Below, in pieces: positions 25,201 through 38,934 of a stretch of DNA of 64,000 bases. Position 1 is the first letter of the stretch. The number at the start of each line of letters is the position of its first letter. Both the position numbers and the translations under genes were made by a program. The notes beneath the pieces are model-generated. The model searched no databases, was not told the origin of the DNA, and was given only the letters and a program-made list of their open reading frames with translations. Source of the DNA: Balanoglossus misakiensis. Lineage: Eukaryota; Animalia; Hemichordata. The stretch lies in NCBI GenBank assembly GCA_040954595.2, contig CM082592.2, positions 558,001-622,000 on the forward strand, written 5' to 3'.

Positions 25201-28200
25201 CCCTTTTCGGTTTGCCCGACTTAGCCAACGTCTTTGTACTAGAGTGTCGGGTCTTTTGCAGAGCCACGCCGAAGGAAATCCGACTTGATCACCGTTGCTA
25301 ACGAACGCTAGTGTCTGTCATGGTGTGCCGGGGTTTTAGTCGAGCCAGGCCGTAGGAGATCTGACTTGATCATCGTGGTCAATGTACGCGTGTTTCCGCT
25401 CTAAAGTGCCTGGGCTTCAGCTAAACCAGGCCGTAGGAAATCCGACGTAATCACCGTTGATAACTTACGCCAGTCTGTGTCATATAGAGCCGGTGCACCT
25501 GCCGAGTTACGCCGTAGGAAATCTGACTTGATCAACGTGGTCAATGTACGCCTGTTTCTGCTCTAGAGTGCCGGGGCTTCAGCTGAGCCAGGCCGTAGGA
25601 AACCCGACGTGATTACCGTTGTTAACTTACGCCAGTCTGTGTCCTATATATAGTGCCGGGGCATCAGCCGTGCCAGGCCGAAGGAAATGTGAGTAGATCA
25701 ACGTGGTCTCTGTACGCGTGTTTCTGCTCTAGAGTGCCAGGGCTTTAGCCAAGCCATGCCGTAGGAGATCTGACTTGATCATCGTGGTCAATGTACGCGT
25801 GTTTCCGCTCTAAAGTACCGGGGCTTCAGGTAAACCAGGCCGTAGGAAATCCGACGTAATCACCGTTGATAACTTACGCCAGTCTGTGTCATATAGAGCC
25901 GGTGCACCAGCCGAGTCACGCCGTAGGAAATCTGACTTGATCAACGTGGTCAATGTACGCCTGTTTCTGCTCTAGAGTGCCGGGGCTTCAGCTGAGCCAG
26001 GCAGTAGGAAACCCGACGTGATTACCGTTGTTAACTTACGCCAGTCTGTGTCATATATATAGTGCCGGGGCATCAGCCGTGCCAGGCCGAAGGAAATGTG
26101 AGTAGATCAACGTGGTCTCTGTACGCGTGTTTCTGCTCTAGAGTGCCAGGGCTTTAGCCAAGCCATGCCGTAGGAAATCTGACTTGATCAACGTTGCTAA
26201 CGAACGCTAGTGTCTGTCATAGTGTGCCGGGGTTTTAGTCGAGCCAAGCCGTAGGAGATCAGACTTGATCAACGTGGTCTCTGCACGCGTGTTTCTGCTC
26301 TAGAGTGCCGGGGCTTTATCCAAGCCATGCCGTAGAAAATCTGACTTGATCACCGTTGCTAACGTACGCTAGTGTCTGTCATATTGTGACGGAGATTTAG
26401 CCGAGCAAGGCCATAGAAAAATCGACTTGTTCAACGTTACCAGTGTGCAACTGTTTCTGCTCTAGAGTGTCAGGGTTTTAGCCGACTTATGCTGTAGGAA
26501 ATCTGAGTTGATGAACGGGAATTCAATGTTAGAAAACCCTTGTGGAAAGTATCTCTACCCGTTTGAAACTAAGAAAAGAATTTATTCTTATTTATTTAGT
26601 AAAAAAGACAATTTTTCGAAAAAAAGTCGAAAATGGTAATTTTGTCTTGGGTGATTCAAATTATACCGCCTTTTCTGGAATTTGCTGCACTTCTTACAAG
26701 AGAACGACACTTCATGCTCCATAATATTTCGGAAAATGAAGAAAAGAGTTATGTTTTTATGATTTTTTAAGAATTTACCATTTTTGTCAAAATATGGCCA
26801 AAATGGCTATTTTTTCTTGAATTCCGTCAATATATCTGCATTTTTGGAGTGGTCGAAAGTTTTAACATACAATCAACATGTCATATATGATCAGGGCACC
26901 AAATTCGAAGAACAAAGGTTTTTTTATTTTTTTTTCATCTAAAAATGACATTGTCAAGGAAAATTTGGTAAAACGCAATTTTGTCTGCAGTGAGCCAAAT
27001 TAGACGGTCTTTTTTTTTGGAATTTGTATCGATATATACATACGAAGAGCATTCTATACTCCATCAGATTTCCGAAAATGTAGAAAACAGGTATTGTTTT
27101 GTAATTTTCAAAAATTTACTATTTTGACCAAATTGTGGCTAAAATTGTTATTTTCGTGTTGAATGCCGCCAGTGTCACTGCTTTTAAAAGTCATAAAAAC
27201 TTTTAACATACAAGCAATTGTTTATATATGATCAGGTCACCGAATTAAAAAAATAAAGAATGTTTTGCCTAAAAATGACCTTTTTGGTGTAAAAACGAAT
27301 AAAACGCAATTTTGTATTAAATCAGAATGCATTTTTTATAATCAGCACCATTTTTACATGTAATGGAAATTTCATACATCATCGGATATCCAAATATAAA
27401 AAAAATGATTTAGATTTTAGATGATTGTCCAAAATTAGCTGATATCTAATAAATGTAGTATTGAACCGTTCTGTCCCCCCCCCCCCCCCACATTATATGC
27501 GGTACGCCGATGTCAGCTTACCCGGCAGTACTGCAGGCCGTGCCCCCAACTAACGTTGGTGTTTGAAACGCCCTGGTTAAATTCGGGCTTTCTCTATAAA
27601 TTGACAGGCAATAATGCAGTCCTACCCGAACAAATGTCAAGTGTTAAACCGCTGTGACTTTCCCTCTTCGGTTTGCCCGACTTAGCCAACGTCTTTGTAC
27701 TAGAGTGTCGGGTCTTTTGCAGAGCCAGGCCGAAGGAAATCCGACTTGATCACCGTTGCTAACGAACGCTAGTGTCTATCATGGTGTGCCGGGGTTTTAG
27801 TCGAGCCAGGCCGTAGGAGATCTGACTTGATCATCGTGGTCAATGTACGCGTGTTTCCGCTCTAAAGTACCGGGGCTTCAGGTAAACCAGGCCGTAGGAA
27901 ATCCGACGTAATCACCGTTGATAACTTACGCCAGTCTGTGTCATATAGAGCCGGTGCACCAGCCGAGTCACGCCGTAGGAAATCTGACTTGATCAACGTG
28001 GTCAATGTACGCCTGTTTCTGCTCTAGAGTGCCGGGGCTTCAGCTGAGCCAGGCCGAAGGAAATATGAGTAGATCAACGTGGTCTCTGTACGCGTGTTTC
28101 TGCTCTAGAGTGCCGGGGCTTTAGCCAAGCCATGCCGTAGAAAATCTGACTTGATCACCGTTGCTAACGTACGCTAGTGTCTGTCATATTGTGACGGGGT

Positions 28201-31200
28201 TTTAGTCGAACCAAGCCGTAGGAGATCAGACTTGATCAACGTGGTCTCTGCACGCGTGTTTCTGCTCTAGAGTGCCGGGGCTTTATCCAAGCCATGCCGT
28301 AGAAAATCTGACTTGATCACCGTTGCTAACGTACGCTAGTGTCTGTCATATTGTGACGGAGATTTAGCCGAGCAAGGCCATAGAAAAATCGACTTGTTCA
28401 ACGTTACCAGTGTGCAACTGTTTCTGCTCTAGAGTGTCAGGGTTTTAGCCGACTTATGCTGTAGGAAATCTGAGTTGATGAACGGGAATTCAATGTTAGA
28501 AAACCCTTGTGGAAAGTATCTCTACCCGTTTGAAACTAAGAAAAGAATTTATTCTTATTTATTTAGTAAAAAAGAAAATTTTTCGAAAAAAAGTCGAAAA
28601 TGGTTATTTTGTCTTGGGTGATTCAAAATATACCGCCTTTTCTGGAATTTGCTGCACTTCTTACAAGAGAACGACACTTCATGCTCCATAATATTTCGGA
28701 AAATGAAGAAAAGAGTTATTTTTTTATGATTTTTTGAAAAATTTACCATTTTTGTCAAAATATGGCCAAAATGGCTATTTTTTCTTGAATTCCGTCAATA
28801 TATCTGCATTTCTGGAGTGGTCGAAAGTTTTAACATACAATCAACATGTCATATATGATCAGGGCACCAAATTCGAAGAACAAAGGTTTTTTAATTTTTT
28901 TTTCTTCTAAAAATGACATTTTCAAGGAAAATTTGGTAAAACACAATTTTGTCTGCAGTGAGCCAAATTAGACGGTCTTTTGTGGAATTTGTATCGATAT
29001 ATACATACGAAGAGCATTCTATACTCCATCAGATTTCCGAAAATGTAGAAAACAGGTATTTTTTTGTAATTTTCAAAAATTTACCATTTTGACCAAATTG
29101 TGGCTAAAATTGTTATTTTCGTGTTGAATGCCGCCAGTGTCACTGCTTTTAAAAGTCATAAAAACTTTTAACATACAAGCAATTGTTTATATATGATCAG
29201 GTCACCGAATTAAAAAAATAAAGAATGTTTTGCCTAAAAATGACCTTTTTGGTGCAAAAACGAATAAAACGTAACTTTGTATTAAATCAGCTCATTCACA
29301 GTGCATTTTTTATAATCAGCACCATTTTTACATATAATTGAAATTTCATACATCATTAGATATCCAAATATGAAAAAATGATTTAGATTTTAGATGATTG
29401 TCCAAAATTAGCTGATATCTAATAAATGTAGTATTGAACCGTTCTGTTTGCCCCCCCCCCCCCTACATTATATGCGGTACGCCGATGTCAGCTTACCCGG
29501 CAGTACTGCAGGCCGTGCCCCCAACTAACGTCGGTGTTTGGAACGCCCTGGTTAAATTCGGGCTTTCTCTATAAATTGACAGGCAATAATGCAGTCCTAC
29601 CCGAACAAATGTCGAGTGTTGACCCGCTGTGACTTACCCTCTTCGGTTTGCCCGACTTAGCCAACGTCTTTGTACTAGAGTGTCAGGTCTTTTGCAGAGC
29701 CAGGCCGAAGGAAATCCGACTTGATCACCGTTGCTAACGAACGCTAGTGTCTGTCATGGTGTGCCGGGGTTTTCGTCGAGCCAGGCCGTAGGAGATCTGA
29801 CTTGATCATCGTGGTCAATGTACGCGTGTTTCCGCTCTAAAGTGCTGGGGCTTCAGCTAAACCAGACCGTAGGAAATCCGACGTAATCACCGTTGATAAC
29901 TTACGCCAGTCTGTGTCATATAGAGCCGGTGCACAAGCCGAGTCACGCCGTAGGAAATCTGACTTGATCAACGTGGTCAATGTACGCCTGTTTCTGCTCT
30001 AGAGTGCCGGGGCTTCAGCTGAGCCAGGCCGTAGGAAACCCGACGTGATTACCGTTGTTAACTTACGCCAGTCTGTGTCCTATATATAGTGCAGGGGCAT
30101 CAGCCGTGCCAGGCCGAAGGAAATGTGAGTAGATCAACGTGGTCTCTGTACGCGTGTTTCTGCTCTAGAGTGCCAGGGCTTTAGCCAAGCCATGCCGTAG
30201 GAAATCTGACTTGATCAACGTTGCTAACGAACGCTAGTGTCTGTCATAGTGTGCCGGGGTTTTAGTCGAGCCAAGCCGTAGGAGATCAGACTTGATCAAC
30301 GTGGTCTCTGTACGCGTGTTTCTGCTCTAGAGTGCCGGGGCTTTATCCAAGCCATGCCGTAGAAAATCTGACTTGATCACCGTTGCTAACGTACGCTAGT
30401 GTCTGTCATATTGTGACGGAGATTTAGCCGAGCCAGGCCATAGAAAAATCGACTTGTTCAACGTTACCAGTGTGCAACTGTTTCTGCTCTAGAGTGTCAG
30501 GGTTTTAGCCGACTTATGCTGTAGGAAATCTGAGTTGATGAACGGGAATTCAATGTTAGAAAACCCTTGTGGAAAGTATCTCTACCCGTTTGAAACTAAG
30601 AAAAGAATTTATTCTTATTTATTTTGTAAAAAAGACAATTTTTCGAAAAAAAGTCGAAAATGGTAATTTTGTCTTGGGTGATTCAAATTATACCGCCTTT
30701 TCTGGAATTTGCTGCACTTCTTACAAGAGAACGACACTTCATGCTCCATAATATTTCGGAAAATGAAGAAAAGAGTTATTTTTTTATGATTTTTTAAAAA
30801 TTTACCATTTTTGTCAAAATATGGCCAAAATGGCTATTTTTTCTTGAATTCCGTCAATATATCTGCATTTTTGGAGTGGTCGAAAGTTTTAACGTACAAT
30901 CAACATGTTATATATGATCAGGGCACCAAATTCGAAGAACAAAGGTTTTTTTATGTTTTTTTCTTCTAAAAATGACATTTTCAAGGAAAATTTGGTAAAA
31001 CGCAATTTTGTCTGCAGTGAGCCAAATTAGACGGTCTTTTTTTTTTGAATTTGTATCGATATATACATACGAAGAGCATTCTATACTCCATCAGATTTCC
31101 GAAAATGTAGAAAACAGGTATTTTTTTGTAATTTTTAAAAATTTACCATTTTGACCAAATTGTGGCTAAAATTGTTATTTTCGTGTTGAATGCCGCCAGT

Positions 31201-34200
31201 GTCACTGATTTTAAAAGTCATAAAAACTTTTAACATACAAGCAATTGTTTATATATGATCAGGTCACCGAATTAAAAAAATAAAGAATGTTTTGCCTAAA
31301 AATGACCATTTTGGTGCAAAAACGAATAAAACGCAATTTTGTATTAAATCAGAATGCATTTTTTATAATCAGCACCATTTTTACATGTAATGGAAATTTC
31401 ATACATAATCAGATATCCAAATATAAAAAAAATGATTTAGATTTTAGATGATTGTCCAAAATTAGCTGATATCTAATAAATGTAGTATTGAACCGTTCTG
31501 TCCCCCCCCCCTACATTATATGCGGTACGCCGATGTCAGCTTACCCGGCAGTACTGCAGGCCGTGCCCCCAACTAACGTCGGTGTTTGAAACGCCCTGGT
31601 TAAATTCGGGCTTTCTCTATAAATTGACAGGCAATAATGCAGTCCTACCCGAACAAATGTCAAGTGTTAAACCGCTGTGACATTCCCTCTTCGGTTTGCC
31701 CGACTTAGCCAACGTCTTTGTACTAGAGTGTCGGGTCTTTTGCAGAGCCAGGCCGAAGGAAATCCGACTTGATCACCGTTGCTAACGAACGCTAGTGTCT
31801 ATCATGGTGTGCCGGGGTTTTAGTCGAGCCAGGCCGTAGGAGATCTGACTTGATCATCGTGGTCAATGTACGCGTGTTTCCGCTCTAAAGTGCCGGGGCT
31901 TCAGCTAAACCAGGCCGTAGGAAATCCGACGTAATCACCGTTGATAACTTACGCCAGTCTGTGTCATATAGAGCCGGTGCACCAGCCGAGTCACGCCGTA
32001 GGAAATCTGACTTGATCAACGTGGTCAATGTACGCCTGTTTCTGCTCTAGAGTGCCGGGGCTTCAGCTGAGCCAGGCCGTAGGAAACCCGACGTGATTAC
32101 CGTTGTTAACTTACGCCAGTCTGTGTCATATATATAGTGCCGGGGCATCAGCCGTGCCAGGCCGAAGGAAATGTGAGTAGATCAACGTGGTCTCTGTACG
32201 CGTGTTTCTGCTCTAGAGTGCCAGGGCTTTAGCCAAGCCATGCCGTAGGAAATCTGACTTGATCAACGTTGCTAACGAACGCTAGTGTCTGTCATAGTGT
32301 GCCGGGGTTTTAGTCGAGCCAAGCCGTAGGAGATCAGACTTGATCAACATGGTCTCTGTACGCGTGTTTCTGCTCTAGAGTGCCGGGGCTTTATCCAAGC
32401 CATGCCGTAGAAAATCTGACTTGATCACCGTTGCTAACGTACGCTAGTGTCTGTCATATTTTGACGGAGATTTAGCCGAGCCAGGCCGTAGAAAAATCGA
32501 CTTGTTCAACGTTACCAGTGTGCAACTGTTTCTGCTCTAGAGTGTCAGGGTTTTAGCCGACTTATGCTGTAGGAAATCTGAGTTGATGAACGTGAATTCA
32601 ATGTTAGAAAACCCGTGTGGAAAGTATCTCTACCCGTTTGAAACTAAGAAAAGAATTTATTCTTATTTATTTTGTAAAAAAGACAATTTTTCGAAAAAAA
32701 AGTCGAAAATGGTAATTTTGTCTTGGGTGATTTAAATTATACCGCCTTTTCTGGAATTTGCAGCACTTTTTACAAGAGAACGACACTTCATGCTCCATAA
32801 TATTTCCGAAAAAATAAGAAAAGAGTTAATTTTTTATGATTTTTTAAAAATTTACCATTTTTGTCAAAATATGGCCAAAATGGCTATTTTTTCTTGAATT
32901 CCGTCAATATCTCTGCATTTTTGGAGTGGTCGAAAGTCTTAACATACAATCAACATGTCATATATGATCAGGGCACCAAATTCGAAGAACAAAGGTTTTT
33001 TTATTTTTTTTTCTAAAAATGACATTTTCAAGGAAAATTTGGTAAAACGCAATTTTGTCTGCAGTGAGCCAAATTAGACGGTCTTTTGTGGAATTTGTAT
33101 CGATATATACATACGAAGAGCATTCTATACTCCATCAGATTTCCGAAAATGTAGAACACAGGCATTTTTTGTAATTTTCAAAAATTTACCATTTAGACCA
33201 AATTGTGGCTAAAATTTTTATTTTCCTGTTGAATGCCGCCAGTGTCACTGCTTTTAAAAGTCATAAAAACTTTTAACATACAAGCAATTGTTTATATATG
33301 ATCAGGTCACCGAATTAAAAAAATAAAGAATGTTTTGCCTAAAAATGACCTTTTTGGTGCAAAAACGAATAAAACGCAATTTTTTATTAAATCAGCTCAT
33401 TCAGAGTGCATTTTTATAATCAGCACCATTTTTACATATAATGGAAATTTCATACATCATCAGATATCCAAATATGAAAAAATGAATTAGATTTAAGATG
33501 ATTGTCCAAAATTAGCTGATATCTGATAAATGTAGTATTAAACCGTTCTGTTCCCCCCCCCCTACATTACATGCGGTACGCCGATGTCAGCTTACCCGGC
33601 AGTACTGCAGGCCGTGCCCCCAACTAACGTCGGTGTTTGAAACGCCCTGGTTAAATTCGAGCTTTCTCTATAAATTGACAGGCAATAATGCAGTCCTACC
33701 CGAACAAATGTCGAGTGTTGACCCGCTGTGACTTTCCCTCTTCGGTTTGCCCGACTTAGCCAACGTCTTTGTACTAGAGTGTCGGGTCTTTTGCAGAGCC
33801 AGGCCGAAGGAAATCCGACTTGATCACCGTTGCTAACGAACGCTAGTGTCTGTCATGGTGTGCCGGGGTTTTAGTCGAGCCAGGCCGTAGGAGATCTGAC
33901 TTGATCATCGTGGTCAATGTACGCGTGTTTCCGCTCTAAAGTGCCGGGGCTTCAGCTAAACCAGGCCGTAGGAAATCCGACGTAATCACCATTGATAACT
34001 TACGCCAGTCTGTGTCATTTAGAGCCGGTGCACCAGCCGAGTCACGCCGTAGGAAATCTGACTTGATCAACGTGGTCAATGTACGCCTGTTTCTGCTCTA
34101 GAGTGCCGGGGCTTCAGCTGAGCCAGGCCGTAGGAAACCCGACGTGATTACCGTTGTTAACTTACGCCAGTCTGTGTCCTATATATAGTGCCGGGGCATC

Positions 34201-37200
34201 AGCCGTGCCAGGCCGAAGGAAATGTGAGTAGATCAACGTGGTCTCTGTACGCGTGTTTCTGCTCTAGAGTGCCAGGGCCAAGCCATGCCGTAGGAAATCT
34301 GACTTAATCAACGTTGCTAACGAACGCTAGTGTCTGTCATAGTGTGCCGGGGTTTCAGTCGAGCCAAGCCGTAGGAGATCAGACTTGATCAACGTGGTCT
34401 CTGTACGCGTTTTTCTGCTCTAGAGTGCCGGGGCTTTATCCAAGCCATGCCGTAGAAAATCTGACTTGATCACCGTTGCTAACGTACGCTAGTGTCTGTC
34501 ATATTGTGACGGACATTTAGCGGAGCCAGGCCGTAGAAAAATCGACTTGTTCAACGTTACCAGTGTGCAACTGTTTCTGCTCTAGAGTGTCAGGGTTTTA
34601 ACCGACTTATGCTGTAGGAAATCTGAGTTGATGAACGGGAATTCAATGTTAGAAAACCCGTGTGGAAAGTATCTCTACCCGTTTCAAACTAAGAAAAGAA
34701 TTTATTCTTATTTATTTTGTAAAAAAGACAATTTTTCGAAAAAAAGTCGTAATTTTGTCTTGGGTGATTTAAATTATACCGCCTTTTCTGGAATTTGCAG
34801 CACTTTTTACAAGAGAACGACACTTCATTATCCATAATATTTCCGAAAATGAAGAAAAGAGTTAATTTTGTATGATTTTTTAAAAATTTACCATTTTTGT
34901 CAAAATATGGCCAAAATGGCTATTTTTTCTTGAATTCCGTCAATATCTCTGCATTTTTGGAGTGGTCGAAAGTTTTAACATATAATCAACATGTCATATA
35001 TGATCAGGGCACCGAATTCGAAAAACAAAGGTTTTTTTATTTTTTTTTTCTAAAAATGACATTTTCAAGGAAAATTTGGTAAAACGCAATTTTGTCTGCA
35101 GTGAGCCAAATTGGCCGTTTTTTGTGGAATTTGTATCGATATATATATACGAAGAGCATTCTATACTCCATCAGATTTCCAAAAATGTAGAAAACAGGTA
35201 TTTTTGTAATTTTCAAAAATTTACCATTTTGACCAAATTGTGGCTAAAATTGTTATTTTCGTGTTGAATGCCGCCAGTGTCACTGCTTTTAAAAGTCATA
35301 AAAACTTTTAACATACAAGCAATTGTTTATATATGATCAGGTCACCGAATTAAAAAAATAAAGAATGTTTTGCCTAAAAATGACCTTTTTGGTGCAAAAA
35401 CGAATAAAACGCAATTTTGTATTAAATCAGCTCATTCAGAGTGCATTTTTTATAATCAGCACCATTTTTACATATAATGGAAATTTCATACATCATCAGA
35501 TATCCAAATATGAAAAAATGATTTAGATTTTAGATGATTGTCCAAAATTAGCTGATATCTAATAAATGTAGTATTGAACCGTTCTGTCCCCCCCCCCCTA
35601 CATTATATGCGGTACGCCGATGTCAGCTTACCCGGCAGTACTGCAGGCCGTGCCCCCAACTAACGTCGGTGTTTGAAACGCCCTGGTTAAATTCGGGCTC
35701 TCTCTATAAATTGACAGGCAATAATGCAGTCCTACCCGAACAAATGTCGAGTGTTGACCCGCTGTGACTTTCCCTCTTCGTTTTCCCCGACTTAGCCAAC
35801 GTCTTTGTACTAGAGTGTCGGGTCTTTTGCAGAGCCAGGCCGAAGGAAATCCGACTTGATCACCGTGGTCAATGTACGCGTGTTTCCGCTCTAAAGTGCC
35901 GGGGCTTCAGCTAAACCAGGCCGTAGGAAATCCGACGTAATCACCGTTGATAACTTACGCCAGTCTGTGTCATATAGAGCCGGTGCACCAGCCGAGTCAC
36001 GCCGTAGGAAATCTGACTTGATCAACGTGGTCAATGTACGCATGTTTCTGCTCTAGAGTGCCGGGGCTTCAGCTGAGCCAGGCCGTAGGAAACCCGACGT
36101 GATTACCGTTGTTAACTTACGCCAGTCTGTGTCCTATATATAGTGCCGGGGCATCAGCCGTGCCAGGCCGAAGGAAATGTGAGTAGATCAACGTGGTCTC
36201 TGTACGCGTGTTTCTGCTCTAGAGTGCCAGGGCTTTAGCCAAGCCATGCCGTAGGAAATCTGACTTGATCAACGTTGCTAACGAACGCTAGTGTCTGTCA
36301 TAGTGTGCCGGGGTTTTAGTCGAGCCAAGCCGTAGGAGTTCAGACTTGATCAACGTGGTCTCTGTACGCGTGTTTCTGCTCTAGAGTGCCGGGGCTTTAT
36401 CCAAGCCATGCCGTAGAAAATCTGACTTGATCACCGTTGCTAACGTACGCTAGTGTCTGTCATATTTTGACGGAGATTTAGCCGAGCCAGGCCGTAGAAA
36501 AATCGACTTGTTCAACGTTACCAGTGTGCAACTGTTTCTGCTCTAGAGTGTCAGGGTTTTAGCCGACTTATGCTGTAGGAAATCTGAGTTGATGAACGGG
36601 AAAGTATCTCTACCCGTTTGAAACTAAGAAAATAATTTATTCTTATTTATTTTGTAAAAAAGACAATTTTTCGGAAAATGTCGAAAATGGTAATTTTGAC
36701 TTGGGTGATTCAAATTATACCGCCTTTTCTGGAATTTGCAGCACTTTTTACAAGAGAACGACACTTCATGCTCCATAATATTTCCGAAAATGAAGAAAAG
36801 AGTTAATTTTTTAAGATTTTTTTACAATTTACCATTTTTGCCAAAATAAGGCCAAAATGGCTATTTTTTCTTGAATTCCGTCAATATCTCTGCATTTTTA
36901 GAGTGGTAAAAGTTTTAACATACAATCAACATGTCATATATGATCAGGGCACCAAATTCGAAGAACAAAGGTTTTTTTATTTTTTTTCTAAAAATGACAT
37001 TTTCAAGGAAAATTTGGTAAAACGCAATTTTGTCTGCAGTGAGCCAAATTAGACGGTCTTTTGTGGAATTTGTATCGATATATACATACGAAGAGCATTC
37101 TATACTCCATCAGATTTCCGAAAATGTAGAAAACAGGTATTTTTTGTAATTTTCAAAAATTTACCATTTTGACCAAATTGTGGCTAAAATTGTTATTTTC

Positions 37201-38547
37201 GTGTTGAATGCCGCCAGTGTCACTGCTTTTAAAAGTCAGAAAAACTTTTAACATACAAGCAATTGTTTATATATGATCAGGTCACCGAATTAAAAAATAA
37301 AGAATGTTTTGCCTAAAAATGACCTTTTTGGTGCAAAATCGAATAAAACGCAATTTTGTATTAAATCAGCTCATTCAGAGTGCTTTTTTGTAATCAGCAC
37401 CATTTTTACATATAATGGAAATTTCATACATCATCAGATATCAAAATATGAAAAAATGAATTAGATATATTTAAGATGATTGTCCAAAATTAGCTGATAT
37501 CTGATAAATGTAGTATTGAACCGTTCTGTTCCCCCCCCCCTACATTACATGCGGTACGCCGATGTCAGCTTACCCGGCAGTACTGCAGGCCGTGCCCCCA
37601 ACTAACGTCGGTGTTTGAAACGCCCTGGTTAAATTCGAGCTTTCTCTACAAATTGACAGGCAATAATGCAGTCCTACCCGAACAAATGTCGAGTGTTGAC
37701 CCGCTGTGACTTTCCCTCTTCGGTTTGCCCGACTTAGCCAACGTCTTTGTACTAGAGTGTCAGGTCTTTTGCAGAGCCAGGCCGAAGGAAGTCCGACTTG
37801 ATCACCGTTGCTAACGAACGCTAGTGTCTGTCATGGTGTGCCGGGGTTTTAGTCGAGCCAGGCCGTAGGAGATCTGACTTGATCATCGTGGTCAATGTAC
37901 GCGTGTTTCCGCTCTAAAGTGCCGGGGCTTCAGCTAAACCAGGCCGTAGGAAATCCGACGTAATCACCGTTGATAACTTACGCCAGTCTGTGTCATATAG
38001 AGCCGGTGCACCAGCCGAGTCACGCCGTAGGAAATCTGACTTGATCAACGTGGTCAATGTACGCCTGTTTCTGCTCTAGAGTGCCGGGGCTTCAGCTGAG
38101 CCAGGCCGTAGGAAACCCGACGTGATTACCGTTATTAACTTACGCCAGTCTGTGTCCTATATATAGTGCCGGGGCATCAGCCGTGCCAGGCCGAAGGAAA
38201 TGTGAGTAGATCAACGTGGTCTCTGTATGCGTGTTTCTGCTCTACAGTGCCAGGGCTTTAGCCAAGCCATGCCGTAGGAAATCTGACTTGATCAACGTTG
38301 CTAACGAACGCTAGTGTCTGTCATAGTGTGCCGGGGTTTCAGTCGAGCCAAGCCGTAGGAGATCAGACTTGATCAACGTGGTCTCTGTACGCGTGTTTCT
38401 GCTCTAGAGTGCCGGGGCTTTATCCAAGCCATGCCGTAGAAAATCTGACTTGATCACCGTTGCTAACGTACGCTAGTGTCTGTCATATTGTGACGGAGAT
38501 TTAGCCGAGCCAGGCCCTAGAAAAATTGACTTGTTCAACGTTACCAG
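13233..38547 (+). repeat. Composite macrosatellite array, segment 2 (+ orientation, about 12 units)
   Basis: Unit markers at 13901, 16277, 18176, 20150, 22195, 24080, 26542, 28509, 30569, ~32616, ~34661, ~36598. Confidence 0.97.
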
Positions 38548-38934
38548 TGTAGTAACCTCGATATGCCGTCTCAAATGGCGCCCTAATTCACATCAAAGGC
38601 CACAGGGTTCTATAGTATTTGCCGTTAACTAACTGGAGCTCACCATCGCCGACGAACATTCCTTGTCAGATGTCACAGAAAACGCTGCTCGGAACTTTAC
38701 ACGAACATTTAATGACTGAACATACAACACTGGCACTGGATGATGCGTCGCGGTGGTTGAAGTTTCCGTAGAAAACTGGCAAAAATCCCCAGGCTAACTG
38801 TGCAAAAGTCCTCACATGTGCGCCATGGAATTTTCCAGATATTTTCTAAACAAAAGCGCATGCGCTAATGTACTCACAGCGCGAGGGCGCTAGACTAAAT
38901 ATTTCAGTTTCTCTAAGAACTGGGCGTCCTTACA
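38548..38934 (-). repeat. 3' LTR (387 bp), left copy
   Basis: On the - strand reads TGTAAGG...ACTACA, preceded by a G-rich PPT-like tract; mirror of 45907-46293. Confidence 0.85.
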
